Shown here one piece after another: positions 1 to 8,210 of a stretch of DNA of 64,000 bases; the first letter of the stretch is position 1; each line of letters starts with the position of its first letter. This DNA comes from Alphaproteobacteria bacterium. GTDB taxonomy: Bacteria > Pseudomonadota > Alphaproteobacteria > UBA828. The stretch covers positions 288,001-352,000 of the forward strand of contig CAXXVO010000009.1 of assembly GCA_963422645.2 (NCBI GenBank). The letters run 5' to 3'. Under the pieces are notes generated by a model. It had not been told where the DNA came from, did not search any database, and worked only from the letters and a program-made list of their open reading frames with translations. Position numbers and translations under genes: made by a program.

Positions 1-90
1 CCCTATTACCGGGGTGAAGGAGTCGAGCACGACGTCATCAACCCGAGCGACACCGACGACGTGGTCTTTGTCGAGGTCGAGGTGAAGTAG
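1..90 (+). CDS. 3' end of a small cupin-domain protein (partial)
   Basis: Frame 1 reads PYYRGEGVEHDVINPSDTDDVVFVEVEVK*; the GVEHDV.N..FVEVE pattern resembles cupin motif 2. Confidence 0.6.
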   Translation, partial: PYYRGEGVEHDVINPSDTDDVVFVEVEVK

Positions 91-118
91 GGCCGGCCCC
101 GGCCATCGCGCCGGACCG

Positions 119-158
119 GAGTCAACGAACCGTCACAATTCCGTATTATTTCCATCTT
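119..158 (+). promoter_or_regulatory. Putative Pho box array
   Basis: CTGTCAT-like units at 11-bp spacing (gagtcaa 119, ccgtcac 130, ccgtatt 141, ccatctt 152) directly upstream of pstS. Confidence 0.55.
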
Positions 159-250
159 GGTGCGGCGTTAGCGTACGCCTGCCATCCCGGGAGGCCACGC
201 GTGGGCGTGGCCGTCGCCATCGGGATGCGAGCGAACCCGGAGGACACGCC

Positions 251-1297
251 TTGACCAAGTCAACCCTCGCCATCGCGGCAGCGGCAGCTCTCGCGCTGAC
301 CGCATCAGTGGCGCTGACCAATGCTGCGGAGGCCCGCGATCAGATCAGGATCGTGGGGTCTTCGACCGTGTTTCCCTTCGCCACCGCCGTCGCCGAAGAG
401 TTCGGCAAGACCACTGGGCACAAGACACCGGTGGTCGAGAGCACGGGCTCGGGCGGCGGGCTCAAGCTCTTCTGCGGCGGTGTAGGTGTCGACCATCCAG
501 ACGTCACCAACGCCTCGCGCCGGATCAAGACCTCGGAGGTGGAACGATGCGCCGGGAACGGCGTGACCGCCATCACCGAGGTCAAGATCGGTTATGACGG
601 GATCGTGCTCGCCAACTCCAGGGCGACCGAGCCCTTCTCGATCACCCTGCAGCAGCTCTTCCTCGCGCTGGCGAAGGATGTCCCCTCGGACGGCGGAATA
701 GTGCCCAATCCCAACCAGACCTGGAGTGAAGTCGACTCGTCGCTGCCTGCGGTCAAGATCGAGGTGCTCGGCCCGCCGCCGACCTCCGGCACGCGGGACG
801 CCTTCGTCGAGCTCGCGATGGAAGGCGGCTGCAAGACCTTCCCCGACATCAAGGCGCTAAAGAAGCAGGACAAGAATGCCTACAAGTCCATCTGCCACGC
901 AATCCGCGAGGACGGCGCCTTCGTCGAGGCGGGCGAGAACGACAATCTCATCGTCCAGAAGCTTGACGCCAATCCCAGCGCGCTCGGGATCTTCGGCTAC
1001 AGCTTCCTCGAGCAGAACCGTGACAAGGTTCAGGGCAGCACCATCAATGGCGTCGAGCCGGACTTCGACACCATCGCCGACGGCAGCTATCCGGTCTCCC
1101 GCTCCATGTACTTCTACGTGAAGAAGGCGCATGTGGGCGTGATCCCCGGCATCGACGAGTTCGTCGCGACCTTCACCGACGAAGACGCCTGGGGACCCTA
1201 CGGCTATCTGGCGGACAAGGGGCTTATCCCGCTCCCCGATGCGGAACGTGAGGCGATGCGCACCCAAGCTACCAGCATGGCTCACCTCTCGATGTAA
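251..1297 (+). CDS. pstS: Phosphate ABC transporter substrate-binding protein
   Basis: Signal peptide; IVGSSTVFPF, STGSGGG, SGTRDAF and YPVSR motifs. Confidence 0.93.
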   Translation: MTKSTLAIAAAAALALTASVALTNAAEARDQIRIVGSSTVFPFATAVAEEFGKTTGHKTPVVESTGSGGGLKLFCGGVGVDHPDVTNASRRIKTSEVERCAGNGVTAITEVKIGYDGIVLANSRATEPFSITLQQLFLALAKDVPSDGGIVPNPNQTWSEVDSSLPAVKIEVLGPPPTSGTRDAFVELAMEGGCKTFPDIKALKKQDKNAYKSICHAIREDGAFVEAGENDNLIVQKLDANPSALGIFGYSFLEQNRDKVQGSTINGVEPDFDTIADGSYPVSRSMYFYVKKAHVGVIPGIDEFVATFTDEDAWGPYGYLADKGLIPLPDAEREAMRTQATSMAHLSM

Positions 1298-1333
1298 CCG
1301 GGCTCGCCACAAGACCCTGGAGTCGTGCTACAG

Positions 1334-1365
1334 CGGCGCCCGTTCCTCACCGGGAGCGGGCGCCG
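1334..1365. terminator. GC-rich hairpin after pstS
   Basis: cggcgcccgttcc...ggagcgggcgccg inverted repeat. Confidence 0.4.
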
Positions 1366-1425
1366 TTCTCAACCAGTGCCGCAGGACAATAGCCAACCGC
1401 AGGGGGAGCGACAGGAGCATGCGCG

Positions 1426-2115
1426 ATGACGGATAGCCCGCTCATCCTCGTGATCGAAGACGAACCCTCGCTGACGACCCTGCTCCGTTACAATCTCGAG
1501 AGTCACCGGTTCCGCGTTGCCTCGATTGAGAACGGCGGCGACGCGATGAGCACGATCGCTTCGACCAAGCCCGATCTGGTGCTGCTCGACTGGATGCTGC
1601 CCGGAGTCTCCGGGATCGAGATTTGCCGCAAGATCCGGCGCGACCCCGAGACCCACAACCTGCCGGTCATCCTGCTCACCGCACGCGGCGAGGAAAGCGA
1701 CCGCGTCCGCGGCCTCGACTGTGGCGCCGACGATTATGTGGTCAAGCCCTTCGTGATTTCCGAACTCATCGCTCGCATTGGCGCGGTGCTGCGCCGGGCT
1801 GCGCCGACGAGCGCGGCCCAATCGCTCGCCAGCGGCGACATCACAATGGACCTCGCCAGCTATCGCGTCAGCCGCAGCGGGCGCTCGATCCACCTGGGGC
1901 CGACCGAGTACCGCCTGCTGCGCCATTTCATGGAGCATCCGGGCCGGGTGCTCTCTCGTGACCACCTGCTTGAGGCGGTGTGGGGGCGCGCGGTGCATAT
2001 CGAGCAACACACCGTGGACGTCCACGTTCGCCGTCTGCGCCAGGCGCTTAACGGTGACGGCGAGGTCGACGTGATCCGGACCGTGCGCTCGGCGGGCTAC
2101 GCCTTCTCCGCCTAA
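1426..2115 (+). CDS. phoB: Phosphate regulon response regulator PhoB
   Basis: Receiver domain (LLDWMLPG) plus OmpR wHTH (LGPTEYRLL, TVDVHVRRLR, IRTVRSAGY); adjacent to pstS. Confidence 0.9.
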   Translation: MTDSPLILVIEDEPSLTTLLRYNLESHRFRVASIENGGDAMSTIASTKPDLVLLDWMLPGVSGIEICRKIRRDPETHNLPVILLTARGEESDRVRGLDCGADDYVVKPFVISELIARIGAVLRRAAPTSAAQSLASGDITMDLASYRVSRSGRSIHLGPTEYRLLRHFMEHPGRVLSRDHLLEAVWGRAVHIEQHTVDVHVRRLRQALNGDGEVDVIRTVRSAGYAFSA

Positions 2116-2126
2116 CGCCGCCCCCC

Positions 2127-2739
2127 TCAGCCGAACTCTGGCACCGTCGCGACCGCGCTCTCGCGCTCGTCGATGGCAGCCTGCCAGCGGGCGATGTTGG
2201 TCCTCGGGGCCAGCAGCGTCTCGCCCTCCGGCGTCATCTTCAGATAGTGAAGGACGGGCAGCACCATATAGTCCGCGACCGATGCCTCGTCGCCGGCGAA
2301 GCAGGTCCGGCCATCCAGTGCTCCCTCGAGCGCGACAAGCGCCTTGTCGGACTTGGGCACGCTGCTCTCCACCAACGCCTCGTCGGGCTCACCGCCCTGC
2401 GCGGGCACGACCAGGCGCTGCAGCACGATGTCGATCGCCGGGCGGTAGAGATACTGGATGAAGACCGACGTCCATTGCCAGCAGAGGGCGTTGGCGAGCG
2501 GGTCGGCCGGCTGCAGGGGCGGCCCGTCGAACGCGTGGTCGATGTAATTGCAGATCGCCAGCGACTCGTACATGCGCACGTCGCCGTGGGTCATGGCCGG
2601 CACCGACCCCCAAGGCTGCATCGCCTTCTGCTCCGGTGACTGGGGTGCGAGCGGATCGAGCTCGTAAGGGACTCCCTTCTCCATACACGCCATGCGGCAG
2701 GTGCGGACATAGGTGCTCAGCGGTGTGCCATGGATAATC
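2127..2739 (-). pseudogene. Glutathione S-transferase, 3' part, interrupted by IS66
   Basis: GST motifs (PWGSVP, YESLAI..YI, SVADY); the true N-terminus lies beyond the IS at 5201-5219. Confidence 0.88.
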
Positions 2740-2841
2740 GTAACTGCCCAGGTCTGATTCTGCCGAGCACTCGGACGTGATGGATTGATGGTTCTGACCA
2801 GCCAGGGGTCAGGCGGCGCTTTCCCGGAGCAGCGCAGGATT

Positions 2842-4383
2842 TCAGAAGCGCAATACGGGGATCAGCTGGATTGGATCGGGGTGCGCCAGGGTTTCGAGGA
2901 CATTCCAGCGCTGTTTTCGAGCGGTGGCGATGACGGATCGCAGGTTTGCGAAGTCGCGGGCGCCTTGTATCGAGCGGAAGCCGCCTGAGATTTTCTGGCG
3001 CAGCTTGCCCATTCGGAGGTCGCGCTCGGCCTCGTTGTTGGAGAAGGGGGTTCGCGGATCGGTGAGGAAGCGCAGGCACCCCTCCTTGTACTTCTGGAGT
3101 CGGAGGGCGAGGTTGTGACCGATGCGGCGCTTTTGTCGTCCGCGCTTTCCGGTCTGGAGCGGTGGCATTTCTTCGTGAGAGGCGATGGCACGTTCGAGGA
3201 TGCGGTCCCAGGCTCGCGAGATGCGGGCCACCAGTGAGGCGGGCACGTCGCGGTCGTTCTTGTGGGCGAAGCGGGCGGCTCTGTTGGCACGGATGAGGAG
3301 CCGGTGCGTGCTCGTTGCCCAGTCTTCCTTCTCGATCTCGATGAGGGCTTGGAGCTCGCGCAGGTGATGGGCGTTGCAGGCCCCGTGGCGCACGCCCTCG
3401 AGAGCGAAGTAGGTGGCGTAGTCGTCATGGATGACGATGCCGTTGAGCTTCTCGTCGATGTGGCTGCGCCCGGTGGCGACGCGCAGGATGGTGAGCAACG
3501 GGGTGCACAGCACATGGAGCCAATGGGTCCGGGCGGCGATGCGGATGCCGGTCTCGTCGAGGTGTTTGACTGGGGCTGCGGTGCGGATGATCTCCGCGAG
3601 GCGATCGAGGAAGCCCTCGAAGCGCCGGGCGGTGCGCCTTCCCATGGCGACGATGGTGGCTGTTGAGAGCTTGACCGCGAAGAGGTCGCTCATGACCTCG
3701 GCGACCCGCTTCTCGGGAATGAACTGAGCGTGCAGCAGGTAGGTCACCCACGCGGTGATGCGCGGCCCGTATTGGACCGGTGCGCTCACGCCGTTCGGGA
3801 AGACGGCTGTCGTCACGGTGCCGCAGGCAGCGCAGAGGCAACGATGGCCGCGATGTTCGGTGACCTCGAGGGGCTGCGGCTCGGGCACATCGAAGACCTG
3901 CCGGCAGACGGGGGCTCCGTGACGGTCAGCGTCCGACAGCGGCGCGCCGCAGCCCTCACAGGCGGACGGATCATGATCGACGACATGGTCGGGCGTCGCG
4001 GTCCGCTCCAGGGTAGTTCCCTTGTGGCCCGGCTGGCCGCCACTGGGCCTGTCGGACTTGCCGCGCTGGCTCCGGGTGCGCTTCTCCCGGTCACCGCTCT
4101 TCTTCTTCAGACCGTCGCTGGCCGGCGGCTTGGAGCTGGTGGTGCTGTCGAGCGCGGCGCTGCGCTCGAGTTCGGCGATCCGCTCGCGCAAGCGGGCGTT
4201 CTCCCGCTCCAGCGCGTCGTTCTCCTTGACCAGGGCCGCGCTCAGGCGCAGCAACCCCTGGCCCCATTCCCGAATGGCTTTGACGGCGGTCATTGCGAAG
4301 GATTGTGGGGTGAAAAGGTCCTGCAGGCACGCGAAGGCCTCGTCGTGGGCAGCGAGGTCCTCGTGCCAGCGCGACACTGTCAC
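2842..4383 (-). CDS. tnpC: IS66 family DDE transposase
   Basis: Leucine zipper, SSKPPASD, Zn finger CEGC..CAAC, HLDETG, HDDY, CNAHHLREL, NNEAERDLR; GTG start inferred at 4383 overlapping the MTase stop. Confidence 0.93.
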   Translation of the reverse strand: MTVSRWHEDLAAHDEAFACLQDLFTPQSFAMTAVKAIREWGQGLLRLSAALVKENDALERENARLRERIAELERSAALDSTTSSKPPASDGLKKKSGDREKRTRSQRGKSDRPSGGQPGHKGTTLERTATPDHVVDHDPSACEGCGAPLSDADRHGAPVCRQVFDVPEPQPLEVTEHRGHRCLCAACGTVTTAVFPNGVSAPVQYGPRITAWVTYLLHAQFIPEKRVAEVMSDLFAVKLSTATIVAMGRRTARRFEGFLDRLAEIIRTAAPVKHLDETGIRIAARTHWLHVLCTPLLTILRVATGRSHIDEKLNGIVIHDDYATYFALEGVRHGACNAHHLRELQALIEIEKEDWATSTHRLLIRANRAARFAHKNDRDVPASLVARISRAWDRILERAIASHEEMPPLQTGKRGRQKRRIGHNLALRLQKYKEGCLRFLTDPRTPFSNNEAERDLRMGKLRQKISGGFRSIQGARDFANLRSVIATARKQRWNVLETLAHPDPIQLIPVLRF

Positions 4384-5048
4384 GAACCCTCGTCGGCCTC
4401 GACGGCCATGATCGCGGCCAGCACCGCCAGGCGTTCGCCCGCCGGCATGGCCTCGTAGCGCCGGCCCCAGTTGGCCGCCTTGCGCTTGATGCACTGGCGC
4501 TCGGTGAAGTTCCGGCCGGCGAAGCTCGCCCAGTGCACCCGGTCAGGCGCGAAGTTGAACCACACGACCTCGGTCCGCACCTGGGCCTGGGTCGTCACCT
4601 GCAGCGCCAGCCGGCGCCAGCCCGCCAGCAGCTCGTCATAGAGCGCAGACGGGTGGCCCGAGACCATCACCTGGCAGGGCAGACCCTTGAGCAGTTCGAG
4701 GAGCGCGACGTGGTCGGCCTCCTCGTACTCGAAGCGGTAGCGCTGCGACGAACGCCGGGTCGCGTGCAGATAGGGCGGATCGCTGTAGACCAGCTCCGGG
4801 CCCAGAAACGGGAACGAGGCCAGGAAGGAATGGGCGCAGCCGGGCACCAACTCCACCGGGTAGTCGCAGCCAAAGGCCTCAAGCGCCCGCTCGTCGCGGT
4901 CGATCCCGATCGAGCGCATGGCCGCAGGCTTGCGCTTCATCAGCGCCCCGCCCCCAAGATGGCTCTCGATATAGACAGAGTGCCGCGGCATCAGCGCAAT
5001 CAGCGCCTGGCTCAGACCGGTCGTCGCCTTCGACCCGAAATACCCCAC
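4380..5048 (-). CDS. Compact Dam/D12-class N6-adenine DNA methyltransferase
   Basis: YFGSK (motif X), ESHLGGGA (SAM motif I), GIDRD (motif II), catalytic DPPY, VMVSG, RTEVVWFN; GAGGAG RBS. Confidence 0.85.
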   Translation of the reverse strand: MGYFGSKATTGLSQALIALMPRHSVYIESHLGGGALMKRKPAAMRSIGIDRDERALEAFGCDYPVELVPGCAHSFLASFPFLGPELVYSDPPYLHATRRSSQRYRFEYEEADHVALLELLKGLPCQVMVSGHPSALYDELLAGWRRLALQVTTQAQVRTEVVWFNFAPDRVHWASFAGRNFTERQCIKRKAANWGRRYEAMPAGERLAVLAAIMAVEADEGS

Positions 5049-5076
5049 CGGCTGCTCCTCTCATGCGAGAGTGCAA

Positions 5077-5105
5077 CCCATAGGCGAGAGAACCTATACA
5101 GTCAA
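5077..5105 (-). promoter_or_regulatory. Putative sigma70 promoter for the MTase-tnpC operon
   Basis: TTGACT, 17-bp spacer, TATGGG on the minus strand inside the IS end. Confidence 0.45.
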
Positions 5106-5200
5106 GCGGGGATCAACGACGCGCCGACGGCGAAACGGCACCGACGGCAAGCAACATCAGCACGCACTCAGAACTGGCGGCGGGGTACCTGGGTAGTTAC

Positions 5201-5219
5201 GGATAATCAGTGTCGCCAT
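5201..5219 (-). pseudogene. GST 5' fragment (MATLII)
   Basis: Removing the IS and one TSD copy restores MATLIIHGTPLSTYVRTCRMACMEKG; GGGAGAG RBS upstream. Confidence 0.85.
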
Positions 5220-5401
5220 CGTTCGCTCTCCCACTCCGATCGGGTCGGCAGGGCCCTCCCCCGGCCGCGCGCGCCTATCTTGCATATCCCGCTCGGGGTT
5301 GCACCGGGTCCGCACCGTGAACGGGTCGTCGGTCGAGTTGTTCGCGCGCAGGCCGCTGACTATGCTCGCGGCAGCAGGATGGCCCAGCGCGGAGACGCGG
5401 C

Positions 5402-7648
5402 ATGCTGACGATTACCGGCTATCCCGACCGGATCAGCGTCCGGCCGGGCGAGACCATCAAGTTCATGGTCAACTGCGAGCATCCGACCTATCAGGCGGAC
5501 ATCGTGCGCCTGATCTGCGCGGACGACACGCCCGCCGGGCCCGGCTTCAAGGAACGACCGGTCCGCACGCCGGTGAGCAAGCGCCACAAGGGGCGCAGGC
5601 AGGCCATCCACGCGGGCTCCTACGCCCTGGTGGAGAGCCGGCCGCTGCTGGAAACGCTCGGCAGCTTTACGGTTCAGGCCATGATCTGGCCGACCACGCC
5701 CGGCAAGGGCGAGCAGGGCATCGTCAGCAAGTGGGACCCGCGCAGCCGGTCCGGCTTCGCGCTCGTCATCGACGAGGCGGGCTCGGTCGCGCTCCGCCTC
5801 GGCATGGCGGACGGCACCGTGGAGCCGGTCTCGGTCGGCAGGCCGCTGCTCGAGCGCCACTGGTACCTCGCTGCGGCGAGCTACGATGCCGAGTCCGGCC
5901 AGGTCACCGTCTATCAGGAAGCGCTCCTGCCCTACGCGCGGGCCAACGACGGCGGCACGGCAAAGCGCAAGCTCGGACCTGCGGCGGCGGGGAACGGCGC
6001 GCCGATCGTCATGGCGGGGACCTTCAAGCGGCGCCAGAAGGGTCGCACGCTGGTGGACTCTCTCTACAACGGCAAGATCGATTCGCCCCGTCTGGTCGGC
6101 CGCGCTCTAGATCGTCTGGAGATCGAGCGCATGCGGAACGAGGCGGTCCCGGCCGGGCTCGCGCCCGACATCCTCTGCGCCTGGGATTTCTCGCGCGACA
6201 TCACGTCGATCAGGATTTCCGACCGTTCTTCCAACCATTGCCACGGCGAAATCGTCAACCTGCCCGCGCGCGGCATGACCGGGTGGAATTTCTCGGGCGA
6301 GGAGATGTGCTGGCGCCACGCGCAGCATGAGTACGGCGCCATTCATTTCCACGACGACGATCTCTACGACGCGGGGTGGGGGGTGGACTTCGAATGGACC
6401 CTGCCTGCGCGCATGGCGAGCGGGGTCTACGCCGCGCGGCTCAAGGGGGCCGAGGAATACGTACCTTTCGTGGTGCTGCCGGCGCCGGGACGGGCTGCGC
6501 GCATCGCCTTCCTGCTGCCGACGGTCGAGTACATGGCCTATGCCAACGAGCATCTGGCCTTCGACGGCTCGCTCGGCGAGCTCCTCACTGGCCAGCTGCC
6601 GGCGCTCAACGCGCAGCAGCTCTTTCTCAACGAGCATCGCGAATACGGCGCGTCGCTCTATGACACCCATTCGGACGGCAGCGGTGTCTGCTATTCGTCC
6701 CGGCTGCGCCCCATCCTCAACATGCGGCCCAAGGCGGAGACGCCCTGGGCCTGCGCCGGCGAAGACTCGACCAACGCGCGCGAATTCATCCTCGACATGT
6801 ACGTGGAAGACTGGCTCACGCACCTCGGCTTCGAGCACGACGTCATCACCGACGAGGACGTCCACCGCGAGGGCATCGACCTCCTAAAGCCCTACAACGT
6901 GCTGATCACCGGCGGTCACCCGGAGTACTACTCGAAGGCCATGCGGGACGCCGTGCACGGCTTCACCCAGCAGGGCGGCCGGCTGATGTATCTCGGCGGC
7001 AACGGCTTCTACTGGCGTGTCGCCATGCACAAGGAGCTGCCAGGCGTGATTGAGGTGCGCCGCTGCGAGGCCGCGATCCGCACCTGGGAGGGCGACCCCG
7101 GCGAGTACTATCACAGCTTCACGGGCGAATACGGCGGGATCTGGCGCCATCAGGGGGACTTCGCACCGCAGCGGCTGGCCGGTGTCGGCTTTGTCGCCGA
7201 GGGCTTCGACAAGTCCTCCTACTACCGGCGCATGCCAGGGAGCTTCGACCCCCGCGCGCGCTTCGTTTTCGAGGGAATCGGCGAGGACGAGATACTCGGG
7301 GACTTCGGCTATCACGGCGAGGGCGCGGCCGGCAACGAGCTCGATGCCACCGATTCCCGCCTGGGCACGCCCCCGCACGCGCTGGTGCTCGCTCGCTCGG
7401 AGGACCACACCGACCTCTATCTGGTGGTGAACGAGGAGGTGCTCGTGAACCATGCCGGCCTCGGCGGCACGGAGCACGAGAAGGTCAAGGCCGACATGGT
7501 CTTCTACGAGACGCCGAACGGCGGCGCGGTGTTCTCCGTCGGCTCGATCTGCTATCCCGCGAGCCTGCCGTGGAACGGCTACGACAACAACATCGCGCGG
7601 CTCACGACCAACGTGCTCCGCCGCTTCGCCGACCCAACGCCTTTCTGA
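5402..7648 (+). CDS. N,N-dimethylformamidase large subunit family protein
   Basis: N-terminal GYPD..SV.PGE, LamG-like domain, AIHFHDDDL, YMAYANE, SLYDTH, GHPEY, GNELD. Confidence 0.85.
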   Translation: MLTITGYPDRISVRPGETIKFMVNCEHPTYQADIVRLICADDTPAGPGFKERPVRTPVSKRHKGRRQAIHAGSYALVESRPLLETLGSFTVQAMIWPTTPGKGEQGIVSKWDPRSRSGFALVIDEAGSVALRLGMADGTVEPVSVGRPLLERHWYLAAASYDAESGQVTVYQEALLPYARANDGGTAKRKLGPAAAGNGAPIVMAGTFKRRQKGRTLVDSLYNGKIDSPRLVGRALDRLEIERMRNEAVPAGLAPDILCAWDFSRDITSIRISDRSSNHCHGEIVNLPARGMTGWNFSGEEMCWRHAQHEYGAIHFHDDDLYDAGWGVDFEWTLPARMASGVYAARLKGAEEYVPFVVLPAPGRAARIAFLLPTVEYMAYANEHLAFDGSLGELLTGQLPALNAQQLFLNEHREYGASLYDTHSDGSGVCYSSRLRPILNMRPKAETPWACAGEDSTNAREFILDMYVEDWLTHLGFEHDVITDEDVHREGIDLLKPYNVLITGGHPEYYSKAMRDAVHGFTQQGGRLMYLGGNGFYWRVAMHKELPGVIEVRRCEAAIRTWEGDPGEYYHSFTGEYGGIWRHQGDFAPQRLAGVGFVAEGFDKSSYYRRMPGSFDPRARFVFEGIGEDEILGDFGYHGEGAAGNELDATDSRLGTPPHALVLARSEDHTDLYLVVNEEVLVNHAGLGGTEHEKVKADMVFYETPNGGAVFSVGSICYPASLPWNGYDNNIARLTTNVLRRFADPTPF

Positions 7649-7659
7649 GGACGCGCATC

Positions 7660-8202
7660 ATGCCGGGCTATGTGATCGCCGATGTGACGGTGACCGATCC
7701 GGAGACCTATGCCGACTACCGGGCGCTGACACCCGGCTCGATCGCGGCCTTCGACGGACGCTTCCTCGTCAGGGGCGGCGATCACAAGGTCATCGCCGGT
7801 GGCTGGCAGCCCGGTCGGCTGGTGTTGCTGCACTTCGACAGCCCCGCACGTGCCGCTGCCTGGTACGACTCACCGGCCTACGTGGAAGCACGCGCGATCC
7901 GCCAGCGTGCATCGACCGGCCACATGGTCCATCTAGAAGGCGATGGAGCTGCACAGGGTGGCGGCCATTACGTGATCCTGCGCGGAGCGACCGAAGATTC
8001 CGACATCGATCCTGCAGGCGTCGCAGCTTGCGGCGGGCGGCTGTTGTCTTGCGGCCATGCCCCTGCGGTCAAGGAAGGCTCCTGGCCCGACGGCCGCATG
8101 ACTGTCCTCGAATTCGACGACCGCGCTGCGGCGGAGTCCTGGCGCGAGTCGGCAGACGCCCGGCAGCTTGAGGGCGAGGCGCTTCTGGTCGAAGGCGCCT
8201 GA
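7660..8202 (+). CDS. DUF1330 domain protein (tandem, second domain degenerate)
   Basis: GYVIADV.V.DPE.Y..Y...GRFLVRGG...F.S...A.AWY.S..Y, followed by a second partial repeat. Confidence 0.75.
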   Translation: MPGYVIADVTVTDPETYADYRALTPGSIAAFDGRFLVRGGDHKVIAGGWQPGRLVLLHFDSPARAAAWYDSPAYVEARAIRQRASTGHMVHLEGDGAAQGGGHYVILRGATEDSDIDPAGVAACGGRLLSCGHAPAVKEGSWPDGRMTVLEFDDRAAAESWRESADARQLEGEALLVEGA

Positions 8203-8210
8203 ACCCAGCG

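Larger units (their letters stand above)
2740..5200 (-). mobile_element. IS66-family element (no tnpA/tnpB) carrying a DNA methyltransferase
   Basis: IRs GTAACTGCCCAGG (2740-2752) and CCTGGGTAGTTAC (5188-5200); TSD GGATAATC at 2732-2739 and 5201-5208. Confidence 0.93.

Noticed and set aside
4384-4494. N-terminal extension of the 550-aa transposase ORF
   Set aside because: It overlaps the MTase 3' end in another frame; the GTG at 4383 overlapping the MTase stop is the more plausible start
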